A stretch of DNA of 64,000 nt from Epithemia pelagica (Eukaryota > Protista > Bacillariophyta), in the NCBI GenBank assembly GCA_946965045.2, contig OX337230.1, positions 682,001-746,000 on the forward strand. Direction: 5' to 3'. Positions within the stretch are counted from its first letter, which is position 1. The number at the start of each line of letters is the position of its first letter. Below the pieces are notes generated by a model. The model was given only the letters and a program-made list of their open reading frames with translations, searched no databases and was not told the origin of the DNA. The translations under genes and the position numbers were made by a program. Below are positions 34,433 through 45,486 of this stretch, one piece after another.

Positions 34433-36022
34433 TCACAATGCCTCAGAATACTGAAGCAGGGTTTTCAACGCCGCTATCACGTCGGTGTAAACTTCTATCA
34501 TTTCAGTCTGAGCGAACCTGTTGCCTGCTCTGTCCTGTGAGCGCCATCGATTATTGAATGTGATAACATCCTTCGGAACCCTTTGGTTGCGAGCCTGTGT
34601 GGTAGAACCACGTCGAAGCGACCTCCGAAAACTAAAGGATGAACCAGTTTCGTTGGCATCAGGTACCAATGACGATTGAACAATCTGCAAAGCATGCAGC
34701 GTCTTGTGCCACAAGACATCCAATTCTCTGATACTGATAGCCTGCTCAAAGCGAGGTCGCCAACGCAAAAGAGGGCCCTCGGCTTCACCCACTGTCGAGT
34801 ACAACTCTAATAATCTCAACATCCACTCGGCGTTTCTGATTCCCGATTTTGAGATTGGCACCAACGGGATTTTATGCCGACGATACACGGACGTGTTCTT
34901 GAACCTCCCTTGGAGGGCCAACACCACATGAGGTCTTGTCGGATGCTTAAGGCCAAACTCGGTGTACAGCCTTGATTCGCACAAGCGAATGTGGCCCAAC
35001 TCCTCTCCTCGGAGGGCCGACGAGAATCCCAACATCAACGCCGCCCCTAGTGTCGCAATCTCAAACTTGGCGTGTGTATATCCTCTGTTGGTCTCCTCTG
35101 CTACTTTCCATTCCTTTTCAAGAAGTTCTTGGAGCGCCAACAACAGTTCAATGGACACTGCAGCGTCCTGAATCTTGACGTCGCCCATCCGTTCGTGGCT
35201 CCCCATCATAAACTTCTTAAACCACAAAGAATTAGTAGGACTCGTTGTGATGTGAGTTGAATTTCTTCCATCAGACATTACCGCTCCGTCTGTCCCTTTT
35301 GGAGTGGTGTGAATCAAATTGCTGTACCCCGACCGGATTCCTCTCATGGTATCCCACTGGATCGTCTTAGAGTTCCTTCCTCGGTCCATCGACCTCTGGA
35401 GAGATATGATGGCCGGTATCATTCCCAGAGTGTCAGCTAACGGAAAAGGTCCCCTTGGAATATCCGGGCACGGATTTTCAATACGGAGATCTTTTAAAAT
35501 CTTCATAAGCCGGTTCACCTCCATCAAGTTTCCCTTAACGGTACTGGAGCGGCGTGCCCAAAAAGCGTCCAAATTTGCTCTCGTAATGCACATCATAACC
35601 CATTCATCTTCGCGCGACGAAAACACGGGATCCCGTTTAAAGATATTGCGGAAGTGGCAAAGATTACACTGGAACGTGGTTAGCAGGTGGTCGCCCGCTC
35701 GAGCACTCTTGAACCATTGATCCATGTCGTGACGTTCTTTTTCGGTAGTTTCCCAGCCTTCTTCTTCCTCCTTCCAATTTCCATCGGCATCCAATTCCAT
35801 CCTCTTAGGCTGCAAGTTGCATGGGAAAGGATCAGGGTCGGCTCCCACGTTGTAGCAATGTGGGTGGTATGCCCCCTGGCATGCCCTCCAATGTCCACGC
35901 TCGTGTCCATAGTTCGCACAAATAATGCCCCGAGAATGAGACAGATTGCCTGTGCAGCGTACGCAAGTGATGTGTTTGCTGCCGAAAAAGAGGCTCGAAT
36001 TTAGCTCTCCAAGGCGTTCTGT
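34433..36022 (-). CDS. Tyrosine recombinase with Cys/His-rich N-terminus overlapping pol in the +1 frame; start codon unclear
   Basis: SALRGEE (catalytic Arg), KIPLV, FRRSLRRG, NRWRS, VYTD; frame open from 36022. Confidence 0.88.
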   Translation of the reverse strand, partial: TERLGELNSSLFFGSKHITCVRCTGNLSHSRGIICANYGHERGHWRACQGAYHPHCYNVGADPDPFPCNLQPKRMELDADGNWKEEEEGWETTEKERHDMDQWFKSARAGDHLLTTFQCNLCHFRNIFKRDPVFSSREDEWVMMCITRANLDAFWARRSSTVKGNLMEVNRLMKILKDLRIENPCPDIPRGPFPLADTLGMIPAIISLQRSMDRGRNSKTIQWDTMRGIRSGYSNLIHTTPKGTDGAVMSDGRNSTHITTSPTNSLWFKKFMMGSHERMGDVKIQDAAVSIELLLALQELLEKEWKVAEETNRGYTHAKFEIATLGAALMLGFSSALRGEELGHIRLCESRLYTEFGLKHPTRPHVVLALQGRFKNTSVYRRHKIPLVPISKSGIRNAEWMLRLLELYSTVGEAEGPLLRWRPRFEQAISIRELDVLWHKTLHALQIVQSSLVPDANETGSSFSFRRSLRRGSTTQARNQRVPKDVITFNNRWRSQDRAGNRFAQTEMIEVYTDVIAALKTLLQYSEAL

Positions 36023-39000
36023 TTAAGAGGGGGAAAATAAAGGCGAGCGTGAGTGGTTCGTACTCTGAGTCTCGAGGCCACCATTCCTCTCCAAAAGGAA
36101 GGACGCAAATGATGTCAGCAATCTTGTATAGCATTCTTCTCCACTTCCCACTCATGAGCGACGGGACAAGCATCACGTGCACGTTCCATGGACGAATATG
36201 CCAAGCCTCGCTCAACATATATATAGCGACATCAGCAAGGCATGGAGGAGGTTCCCAAATGAATATGCCGTTTGAATCCTGAGGAGCTGTGAACCATTGA
36301 GAGGGTTCCATCTGTAATGCCTCTGCATAATGTTTTCCCAGGATTCGTTGTAGTAGGTTATTTATTCCCTGAGGTTGTCGTTCTCCGGCTGACAGGTGCA
36401 GCGGTACATAGCTCAGCATATCTATGCCTCTTAGTACCCCACTGGTCAAGTCCGAACGAGAGAGGCCGTCACTTCCTTGAGCAATCATCCTCTTGCCTGC
36501 TACCCACACGACGTGGATAAAGGCCTCTCCTCTCATGAGAATCTTGTGGAGCCGGAACATGAGGTGTAATACCTCCGGAGACTTTGCCGACCCACGATAA
36601 AACGCAGTCTCTGCATGAACATTATCAGTGAAGATGAAAAACTCGGTCTCCGCGTTGACTCGACCTTGAGCATCCAGAGCTTCGATCTTCATGACTATGT
36701 TTGCAAGTTCGCGAAAGTTGGATGACGAACCCAACATGGCTGATGCCTCCCAAGCACCAAAATCCACTTCAATTTCGTCGTCGCCGGGTGACCAACCCGA
36801 CATCCCAAAGCCCGCTCCGGAAGCATCTCCGAAGTAATAGCGAGCTTTGGCCTTATTCTTGTCGGGACGGAGAAAACGCTCTGGAGGTTCCTCGGCCTTA
36901 ATCAATTCCTCCATCGCTTCCACGTCAAAGATCATTCGTCGTACCAGTCGAACTCGATCTGGTGCTGCCGAATAATCTCCAATGTGGCGCAGGCCTTGGT
37001 CGTTGGTGACCGTCTTCCACCCGTCTTCATCTCGGTCTGGCCGCCACGCATTCATTGTAGCGTAAACGCCATTCAAGTATAAGAGCAGCGTTGGATAGGC
37101 TCTTCCGACGTGATTCACAAAGCCAGCGACCTCCTCTAACACTTTTCGTTTCACAGAGTTGTCTGCTCTGGCTGCCGCTCCGTCAATTTCAGCCCGTAGC
37201 CGACCAATCTCTTCTCGTGTTTTGTTCCACTTTTCTTGAGTAACTGAAATGTACGGACGATCGGGTGCCGTCCCACACACCACTCCTGCCCATGCGCCGG
37301 GGCGTTGGGTCTGCTCCCTGCGTTTTCGAGCTGCATCCTGTACTCCAAAGTATGAGGCGGTTTTTGCTATTACGGAACTTATGTTCCAAGCATCATTCGA
37401 GGACGGGCCCGTGCCTCGCAAATCATCGACATAATCGTGAGCGTCCGCCGCCAATGCTCCGTTCTGTCGCCGTTTGGATATCCACGGTTCACCCGGGCGA
37501 TAGTCGACGGACCCTGGAAGATTGATTACTATGCGATTCCAGCGAAATACATTGGCTCGTTTTTGCCGATCGCCCAACATGAGGCGTTTTAGCCTTCTTG
37601 TTTGTTGCACAGTTGTAAATGGCGATGGGCTTTGACCCATCGCGCATCGCGTCCAACCTTCTATCCACAACTCGCCGTTCTCTTTCCTCCCGTAGATGGG
37701 AGTAAAGTCCATAGCGCTATATTCCTGCAATTCCGGATGAATCCAGAAATTGAGGAACATCTCGCCGTAGTCATTGTCTACGCACCAGTAGTCTGTATCC
37801 AATGTGCGAACCAACACTTCTGCATCCGGTAAGGGGAACCACGGTGCATAGAGACAGTCATTTAGACCGCTCTTGGTTCCATCATAAACCATTCTGATGT
37901 CGCTATCGCCCTTCGGGACGGCGAAATAATTCATAGTGGCTTTCCACTTCCCTTCCTCGCAGACGTATCGCTTAGCCCGCACATCTTCTATCTTGTCGGC
38001 GATTTTGGTAACCATGTTGGCATCGCCCAAACCTTTCTGTGGAACGATCTTTTGCTTTGGCATCCCAATCCAACAAGGAGGGACGCCTATCGCCACATCA
38101 TGAGCATATTCGTCCGGCCACCGCCAAAAGAATACACTCGACCCTGAAGGCCAAGCCCAAAAAGACGACTCGCATGCATGTCTGCATGCCTCCTTTCCTC
38201 GGTCCTTTATGAGTCTCCACCAATTGGGCTCGTCTTCTTTCAGTTGGTAATGATTTTCATTCCACCATGAAATCCAAGACCGAACCACGTTCCGTCTCCA
38301 TCTTCGCAACATTGCCATCCTCAATAAATTGAAGGCTTTGCGATCCCGATCCGTCAACTCTACAATATCCAAGAGATAACGAACTCTGTCGTCCCACAAT
38401 TCCGTCGGCACGGCGGCCTTGTCATGCTTGACCGCCTTTTCTGAGGCAGTAGTTGTGGATACCAACTTGACATAACCTGACATGCGTTCTTCCGAATCTA
38501 TAGTCTCCTCCTCAGAAAAGGGAATTGAGGACTTGCTGCGTTTCGAAACCGTCTCAAGAGAATCGGTGAAACCCCGTTTCAACGAGTCACCCTTGATACA
38601 CACGACATCCAATTCCTGCTGCTGAATCCTTTGACTTTGTTTCAAACATGCCTGTAAAGCCATACCAAGACCGGCTACAATCTTCACAGGTTTTGCTACT
38701 GCCGCTACAGCAGCGGCTAACATGGTGTCATTCCAGTCTCGGATTATCGTCACAGGTAAGTCGAGGCACGCGGCAACCTCTTTTCCAACCATGGTTCTTC
38801 GAACTCTCACGTTCTGTCCGTATACCGTTGGGAGAATCAGAAATGTTCTCCTAAACTCCCTTGCCTGATCCCACGGCAACAGATCATCTGCCGGGTCTAA
38901 ACTTGCACTGGTCTTATCAGAGACTCGCCGTCCCGACTCAGTGCGATCGATCAAATTGATCAGGCGGTTGGGTGCCCCCTTGATTGCCTCTGGGGTAAAC

Positions 39001-39578
39001 ACTTTATCTGGATCGCTTGGTTTCTCCCCGTAAATGGATTTTCGGGCAAACCAATGGCACCTCCCCGTCCAGTCGGTGACTCCACCCGTCTCCTCATGTG
39101 TGATGCCGCGGGACAGAGACCACCAGTCCTTGGGAGTGTAACCTCGAATCCCTCTATCTGAAATGATGATCTGAGCCTGACATGTCCACAGTGGGTGGTT
39201 TGCTTTTGGTGGACGACATGGGCCTTCGAATACGACCACGTCCGTCGTCATTGCCGAATTGGGGAAGTATTCATCTACGCTGCTGTGATCCATTTCGAGA
39301 TCCATCCAGTACGCCTCGATGTTGGGAGTAATTAACCTCGTGGCTATATTTCGTAATGTCTTGGGAAGGACAATCCACCTTATCGCACATTGGCTGAGAT
39401 TCTCCGGGATGAACAGCCAACTGGATAAACATGTGGTCACTATTCCCATTGTGTGCTTCGCTTGCATTATGGGCACCTTTTGTTGCAGCCAAGCTGAGTA
39501 AGACTCGAGTCTCTCTCGTTTTCTTTCTTTCGGGTGTCCCTTTGTTACAGTGACTGTTTCTACTCTTTTTCTCTTCAT
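35832..39578 (-). CDS. YR-element pol, 1248 aa: N-terminal MTase-like region, RT, RNase H, C-terminal MT-like remnant
   Basis: NYFAVPKGDSDIRMVYDG, DYGEMFLNF, MGQSPSP, YVDDLRG; RNase H FGDASGAGFG, SSNFRELAN, IFTDN, DGLSR; WEPPP. Confidence 0.93.
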   Translation of the reverse strand: MKRKRVETVTVTKGHPKERKRERLESYSAWLQQKVPIMQAKHTMGIVTTCLSSWLFIPENLSQCAIRWIVLPKTLRNIATRLITPNIEAYWMDLEMDHSSVDEYFPNSAMTTDVVVFEGPCRPPKANHPLWTCQAQIIISDRGIRGYTPKDWWSLSRGITHEETGGVTDWTGRCHWFARKSIYGEKPSDPDKVFTPEAIKGAPNRLINLIDRTESGRRVSDKTSASLDPADDLLPWDQAREFRRTFLILPTVYGQNVRVRRTMVGKEVAACLDLPVTIIRDWNDTMLAAAVAAVAKPVKIVAGLGMALQACLKQSQRIQQQELDVVCIKGDSLKRGFTDSLETVSKRSKSSIPFSEEETIDSEERMSGYVKLVSTTTASEKAVKHDKAAVPTELWDDRVRYLLDIVELTDRDRKAFNLLRMAMLRRWRRNVVRSWISWWNENHYQLKEDEPNWWRLIKDRGKEACRHACESSFWAWPSGSSVFFWRWPDEYAHDVAIGVPPCWIGMPKQKIVPQKGLGDANMVTKIADKIEDVRAKRYVCEEGKWKATMNYFAVPKGDSDIRMVYDGTKSGLNDCLYAPWFPLPDAEVLVRTLDTDYWCVDNDYGEMFLNFWIHPELQEYSAMDFTPIYGRKENGELWIEGWTRCAMGQSPSPFTTVQQTRRLKRLMLGDRQKRANVFRWNRIVINLPGSVDYRPGEPWISKRRQNGALAADAHDYVDDLRGTGPSSNDAWNISSVIAKTASYFGVQDAARKRREQTQRPGAWAGVVCGTAPDRPYISVTQEKWNKTREEIGRLRAEIDGAAARADNSVKRKVLEEVAGFVNHVGRAYPTLLLYLNGVYATMNAWRPDRDEDGWKTVTNDQGLRHIGDYSAAPDRVRLVRRMIFDVEAMEELIKAEEPPERFLRPDKNKAKARYYFGDASGAGFGMSGWSPGDDEIEVDFGAWEASAMLGSSSNFRELANIVMKIEALDAQGRVNAETEFFIFTDNVHAETAFYRGSAKSPEVLHLMFRLHKILMRGEAFIHVVWVAGKRMIAQGSDGLSRSDLTSGVLRGIDMLSYVPLHLSAGERQPQGINNLLQRILGKHYAEALQMEPSQWFTAPQDSNGIFIWEPPPCLADVAIYMLSEAWHIRPWNVHVMLVPSLMSGKWRRMLYKIADIICVLPFGEEWWPRDSEYEPLTLAFIFPLLNRTPWRAKFEPLFRQQTHHLRTLHRQSVSFSGHYLCELWTRAWTLEGMPGGIPPTLLQRGSRP

Positions 39579-39611
39579 GGAGCCGATTCCGGATTTGTGG
39601 TCCTCTCCTTC

Positions 39612-42600
39612 TCAGCTCTGTTGCTCATTCTCAGGCTTTCCCTTTCCTTTCTTCGCAGGCAACCTGGACTGTAGGTTCTTGAACTGACTTTCCAACGTGT
39701 CCAGTTTTCTCTTTGCCTGCGTTGCTTCTGACACCGCTTTCTGAACGTCCTTGACGAGTGGGTCAACGTCGTCATGGAAACTAACCACATCAAGAAGGAA
39801 ATGCGTAAGCATCGGACCCACCTTGGGATGATTCTTGAAATTGTGGTCTAAAAATTCACGCTGGAGACGGTTCGCTTGCAACGTGGCCCAGAGCAATTCA
39901 TGAGCTCGTTCAGAGCTGGTCGCTTGTTTGATGGTGATCTCGCTGCACAGTCTGCGTGGTTGACTTATAACTTCGAACACGATTCGAACAATATTCTGAA
40001 CAAGATCCCAACGTCTCACTTCACTCAAGTTTGTATCAGAACCATATTCCTCGACTTGATCCTTCATATAAATGAGGAGTGTGTCGAGGAATTGTTTGGC
40101 GTCCGTGAGCAATGCATGCGCCACTGTCCTGGCTGTTCGGGACATAGACGATGCCTTTATCTCAGTTAAGATAGCCGATTGTTTGTCCATTAGCATTTTT
40201 CTGATCTCACTTGCCGCTCCAGAATCCCGCGCTCCCGAACCCTTAAAACGTTGATAGGTCTCTAACTTGCTGAGCTTGCGCAGATTCGTACGAGCTTGAT
40301 CTGGCGTTCCAGCCATCACCGTCGGAGCCACTAATTGAAACGAATAAAGCGCTTTCTGGTCACTCGGCCTTTCCATCGAAGAACGACTTCCACGGTACTG
40401 CACTTCGATGTTATCCGTGTAGCTCTGTGATACTGTTGTTGCCATTTCGAGAAAGGACATGGCATCCACAAACTTCAAAACTTCGCCCGCCACATTGTTG
40501 GACATGACGAAGGCCTTGACCTGAGAAGGTGAAGTGAATGTTATCCCTTCGATTTCCACTCCATGCATTTCAGATCGAGCTTCCAAATCCGACAACCGAA
40601 CCTGCTGAGTCCTTTCTTGTTCTTCCATTCGGCTCAGCAGCTTCTTGATCTCAGACAGTTCTTGCGCGTCGATAGAAGCAGTGGTAGCCGAGGATGACTG
40701 CCCTACTGTAGCATTTTGCATCGTGGTGTGTAGAGTGTCGGTCAAATACCGGATATGATTTTCCAACTTTATACGACCACCCCGTTGAAAGAACTCGTTG
40801 GCATCGACGATGGTGCTTTCGATTTTTTGCAGTTCCTGTCACACAGTATTTCGAACTTGTTCGGGTAGCAAACGAATCAGATCCTTTTCCGTAACTCCTG
40901 GCACGGCTTCTCGTTTCATTTCACCAACAGAAGCCGAAAGGGATTCGATCTTTTGTTGCATGTCCATGAAGGCTACCTTCCAGTCGTCACTTCGCGAACT
41001 ATCCGGCTCCGGCTTGATTTCTTGCAACTCCGAAACTGCCTGCCATACCGTGGATGTACTTGCCTCCGGTGGAGGGGCTCCCACAAGTCCGCTCAGCACG
41101 TTCACTTTGCTCACCAAAGTGTTGAGGAGATGATTCTGCTGCTGCTGTCGAGATCGTAAAGACACCAACTGAGATGATGTGGCTTGAGTCACTTGGCCCA
41201 ACAATTGGGTATTATGCACCAACGAGTCCTTGACGTTCACGCTATCTACGGACAAGGGTCGCAAATCCAAGGGCTCAATCGGCGAAGGAATTTCCACATC
41301 CTCGAGTCGAAGACCTTTGGCGGGTGTATGAGCGACGTACACGGCCTTGTTTTTTAGAGCCGCCACATCGGCGAACTCCAGATCCTCCTCTTCTGGTATA
41401 GACCAAGAGTCCGCTGCTGGCTCGCCCGATTCGCCAATGACTTCTAGAGCTGGAGACGTAGACTTCTTCATTGACTCATTATGTGGCTGCGACTCGCTTT
41501 TCATGAGCGAGAACAATGAGGTCCAAACCAACACCGGTTGCTTGGGGCCGTTCAATAACTCATCAACCCGAGCAGAGGTGAGGGATTCTCCATCAAAGAA
41601 CGGATCTTGAAATGCTTGGTAGGGCGGATCATCCTTCCCCGCATGGGCCATCGGTACCGGTACACTGATGAAGAGAGTCCTGCCCATGCCTTTTGCCTTG
41701 AGCTTGTCGAGAAAGGTTGGTCCTTTCTTGTGATGCGACTTGGTCTTGCACAAGTGCTTCGGGAGAACACAGAACTTTCCGGATGAACCCACAGCGCTGC
41801 CACAACAATCATGCTCGGAAACATCAATGCACAACAACGCAACAAGATTGTTAGACTCACCATGAAGATTCGTCTCATGCGGTTCCGCTTTTGAGGTGAA
41901 ACCTCCAGGGAAACGCGTGGAGCTAAGAGACTCTGCAACCGAAGCGACTGCAGACTTAGTGCCTCCAACAGAGCGGCCAGCTGGCTTGGTGTCTTCCACT
42001 CCGTCCATCAGATCGTTTCCGCCCGCGTCTTCGGAGATTCCACGTGACTTGAAGTACAAGGCTTCGCTTTCTCGATCGGCTTTGGCCCAAAGAGTAGCCA
42101 AACGTTCTTGCGATGAGAGAGGAGGCCCCTCGACCGCAGCGGAATTCGCAACTTCCCGAGATGCCAAGCCAGTCCAGCCCGAGTTTGCGATGGTGGCAGT
42201 ACTCGTGTCCAGCCCGCCTCCAACGCCACCGTACCACGTTCCAGCATTACCCGCCACTCCAATGCGATCGCGGGAAAACAGAGGTGGAGGTGAACGCGGC
42301 GGCGGTGCAAGTGCACCTCCCCCGGGGGAAACAGAAGACTGCTCCGCCCCAAGAGAACGGTCACGTCCCAGCACATCAGCATCCAAACCAGAACCCGTAA
42401 CGTCCTTCGTATCCCCCCCCGTGTCCGACAAAACAGGAGCAACGCCCGTCAAAGCCGAAACGGAGGCCCGCACATTAGCCGTTCCCACTCCCACGCCGAA
42501 GCCCGCAAAAGGAGTCGAAGCGCCCTCCGGAGGAGGACGCGACGACGCAGCGGGAGGGCGAGGACCCAGAGACACGCGCTCGCGAGGAGCGGACGCAAAA

Positions 42601-42626
42601 CGCGACGAAAAACCGGACGACGACAT
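39612..42626 (-). pseudogene. YR-element gag-like ORF (~1004 aa) with one in-frame TGA at 40839-40841
   Basis: Track ORFs 40839-42626 and 39612-40766 are the same frame (RNTV*QELQKIE...GGRIKLENH); Cys/His motif CCG...FCVLPKHLCKTKSH and coiled-coil segments. Confidence 0.85.
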
Positions 42627-42648
42627 GGGAGCTAGGCAAGGAACAACT

Positions 42649-42907
42649 AAAAACTAAAACTCAGATCAACGCAACAACCAGACAATGCTGAACCTGCAGG
42701 GAAAAGCACTTCTCGATTCGATCAACCTGAAGACAGTGTGACCTTGATGATTACTTTTCTCCATCGAACTATGACCACGGAATGACTCTTCGTGCGTACT
42801 TGGATTCGATTCAATCGACAATCATCTTCTTCTTGTAGGTAAGCGTCAGTATACCTCGTGACTGACTTCGTCCGTCGTCGCCACCAGATTAGCTTGGGCA
42901 CATGACG
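42649..42907 (-). repeat. 5' split direct repeat X1
   Basis: Matches 33662-33920; gag ATG follows about 20 nt later. Confidence 0.95.
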
Positions 42908-43517
42908 TCATGAAAGTCTGTCATTTCACTCCCCTCGCCAATTGCCAATGCAATCCAGTGACGTGATTCCACAAGCTGTATCGGCGTTGTATCCGTTGAA
43001 TATGGTCCTGGTCCTGCTTTAAATAAGTATTTTGGTCTTGAATGCCAATCACTCATTATCAGGCTGTTATGAATGAGTATGTTCGTAATAATATATAATA
43101 TTGTAAATTGTAAGTGCGAGTATTAGATCTGTCCCCCATAATTTTTTTGGTCTCCACAAAATCGACGAATACAGAAATTGAAAATTGAATCTTTCCTGAT
43201 GATTATCAATCTAAGGCCGCAGTGGTTAATCGAACTGGAGTAGAACATGAAATCTTGCAGTTATTGGCTTCTGGCCTTACGGAGTATGGACTGACAAGAG
43301 ATGGCCTGTTCTCTACTGCGTCGCCTGTGTAGAAGGCATAGGGCAACGTGCGCTAAAATATTTACACTAGTGCTCTCACTTCTACAAACAACTTCTTGAA
43401 AATGTACTTTCTCAAAGGCAGGACCCGATGTAACTCGGAGTATTGTGGATCTTTTCTGTTTGTCTTGTTCACTTCTGCCGGTAAATGTGGTTCTGCAAAC
43501 TGTGCAACGAGATGCTA

Positions 43518-44639
43518 TCATCTCCTGTTGCGACCGACACGAATTGTATGAATGTTATCATTGATGGAGATGTTTTCACTCTTTTTCTGATAGAGTGGCT
43601 CGTCGTTGAATTCACTGTACTTTTCGCCACATTTTGTCTTTTTGGAGCGTCGCATGAATCTTCGAGTGGATCTTGGCGATGAAGTCGATAGTGTGTTCCC
43701 ACTTTTTGCCGCTCTGTTAGAAGCGCCACTGTTTGCCGCTCTGCTTGAAGCGGATGTACGCAATATTCCCCTTGTTGCTTTCTTTTCTTTCATGGGTGAC
43801 ATGGGTCGATTGGAACGAGCTTTCGGTTTGTTTGTTTGGATAGGAGTTGTTGCAGTGCCTTTTCTCACAGCATCGTTCTTTCCAGCATTCTTTCCGACTT
43901 CGCCTTTTCCAGCAGGGTCAAGCTGGTCACTTTTTCCAAAAGATTTTCTTCGTTGCTGTTTTTGTTTTCGCTTCGATACCACCGTTTCACTATCACCACC
44001 GGGAAGTCCTTCCGGAGCTCCCCGGCGAAAGAACCCAAACGGTTTTCGAGTCCTCCGTTCCCCATTTGAATTTTCTGGAGGTTCGGTTGTTAGCAAGCTG
44101 GAGTCTTCAGTGGCTCCACTTGCAGATGTGTCAGACGGCATGCTTCTACGACGATGATCGGAATCTTCTCCGTCGTTTTGCTTCGTTTCGCTGTCCTGAA
44201 TCTGTTCTGAGTTTTGCTCGCCCGATGATACGCAAGTCTTTGTTGGGTCTCTCATACAGGAGTCTGTGAGTGCGCATATTGCGTCCGCGACCATGGATGC
44301 AGAGAGAGCCACAGCCTTTATGGATTCCGAAGCAACGTCTCCAAGGTTGGGTCCAAGTTTATCCTCATCCAACTGCTCATTTTCCCCGGCAGTGTCTTCA
44401 TTTTGAGACACTATTGACATGGATGATCTCATTCGAGGGGAAGATGTAACGGAAGACTTGTCACAGGATTCATAACCAAGTGTGTCAGTGGAGCGCATAT
44501 GGGAGGGACGAGTGTATTCACTGTATTCCGTGAACTCAGAATCGCATCTCAGGGACGCTGACATCGAAGTGCTATGGTTCTCCATTGTGATTGCTCCGGC
44601 CTTCGATTCCACGCTCCACTTGTAGTCCTTTGTGCGCAA
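43518..44639 (-). CDS. Hypothetical low-complexity S/K/R-rich protein (start may be the ATG near 44585)
   Basis: 373-aa ORF in the host region; no recognisable domain. Confidence 0.6.
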   Translation of the reverse strand: MRTKDYKWSVESKAGAITMENHSTSMSASLRCDSEFTEYSEYTRPSHMRSTDTLGYESCDKSSVTSSPRMRSSMSIVSQNEDTAGENEQLDEDKLGPNLGDVASESIKAVALSASMVADAICALTDSCMRDPTKTCVSSGEQNSEQIQDSETKQNDGEDSDHRRRSMPSDTSASGATEDSSLLTTEPPENSNGERRTRKPFGFFRRGAPEGLPGGDSETVVSKRKQKQQRRKSFGKSDQLDPAGKGEVGKNAGKNDAVRKGTATTPIQTNKPKARSNRPMSPMKEKKATRGILRTSASSRAANSGASNRAAKSGNTLSTSSPRSTRRFMRRSKKTKCGEKYSEFNDEPLYQKKSENISINDNIHTIRVGRNRR

Positions 44640-45486
44640 TTGTGGTGGTTACGCGGAGTTACGTTGGCTTCCGTTGCAGTCGTCTTACGAATGAGGAACG
44701 TCTATTGATTCATTTGCAAATCCGCAAAGGAGGGGGAGTGTGAGAACTCATTTTTGTCGAGGTACGATTTAGCCCGCCAAACAGCATGCAGAAGTAGATA
44801 AGCCCCAGCGCCCTCCAACGAATTTTGTATGTTCCTATTATGTGATTGGTGTGTCGTCAAGCGCCATAGTTGGTCTTGCATTTGAACTGCCCCTCGGCAG
44901 GCTGGCCGATCCCTGTCCAAAACTTCGTCGAGTTCTTTTATCGGATTTAGTTGTGCCGGTCCCGGTTAGCCATAACGATAACGTCGTATACTTCGACCTA
45001 TCTTTCGGAACATGGGCTAACAAGAGGAACTTTCCTACTCGTATGTGTGTACTTTCCCTCTGAGAAGCAGCTTCAGGAAAGGTTCCTTGGGAGATGGGAG
45101 ATTCGTTGATATCCGCCGAATGGGATGGTCCAGAAATGGAAGACACATGTTGCAATCGTTTTTGGGAGGAATGGTCCTGTCGCACTACTAGGTAGCCTCT
45201 TGGAAGTAGTTCAGTCACTTCCCGTATGATTGCGCCGAAGATTACCGTCAAGTATGACTCTAGATAAAGAACTTTCCCGCGGAATGTTGTTGCGGTTTCA
45301 ATCTGGTCATGGCATTAAACACGGGCTCTTCTATGTTTAGTAGTTTAGGATTCTATTTTGTATGTTTTGGACGGTGGTCTCTATTTCAAAGCCCCCACAA
45401 CCATGTACACCATCACCGTTCAACCCGTTGTTGTGTACTTGTGCATTTAGACATATAAGGCATCGTCACTTTTCGGTACCAATTCG

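Larger units (their letters stand above)
33197..42907 (-). mobile_element. Tyrosine-recombinase retrotransposon with split direct repeats (PAT/Ngaro-type architecture X1-ORFs-Y1-X2-Y2), full length
   Basis: X copies at 42649-42907 and 33662-33920 (1 difference seen), Y copies at 33921-34368 and 33197-33644 (2 differences seen); gag, RT/RH and YR ORFs inside. Confidence 0.95.
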
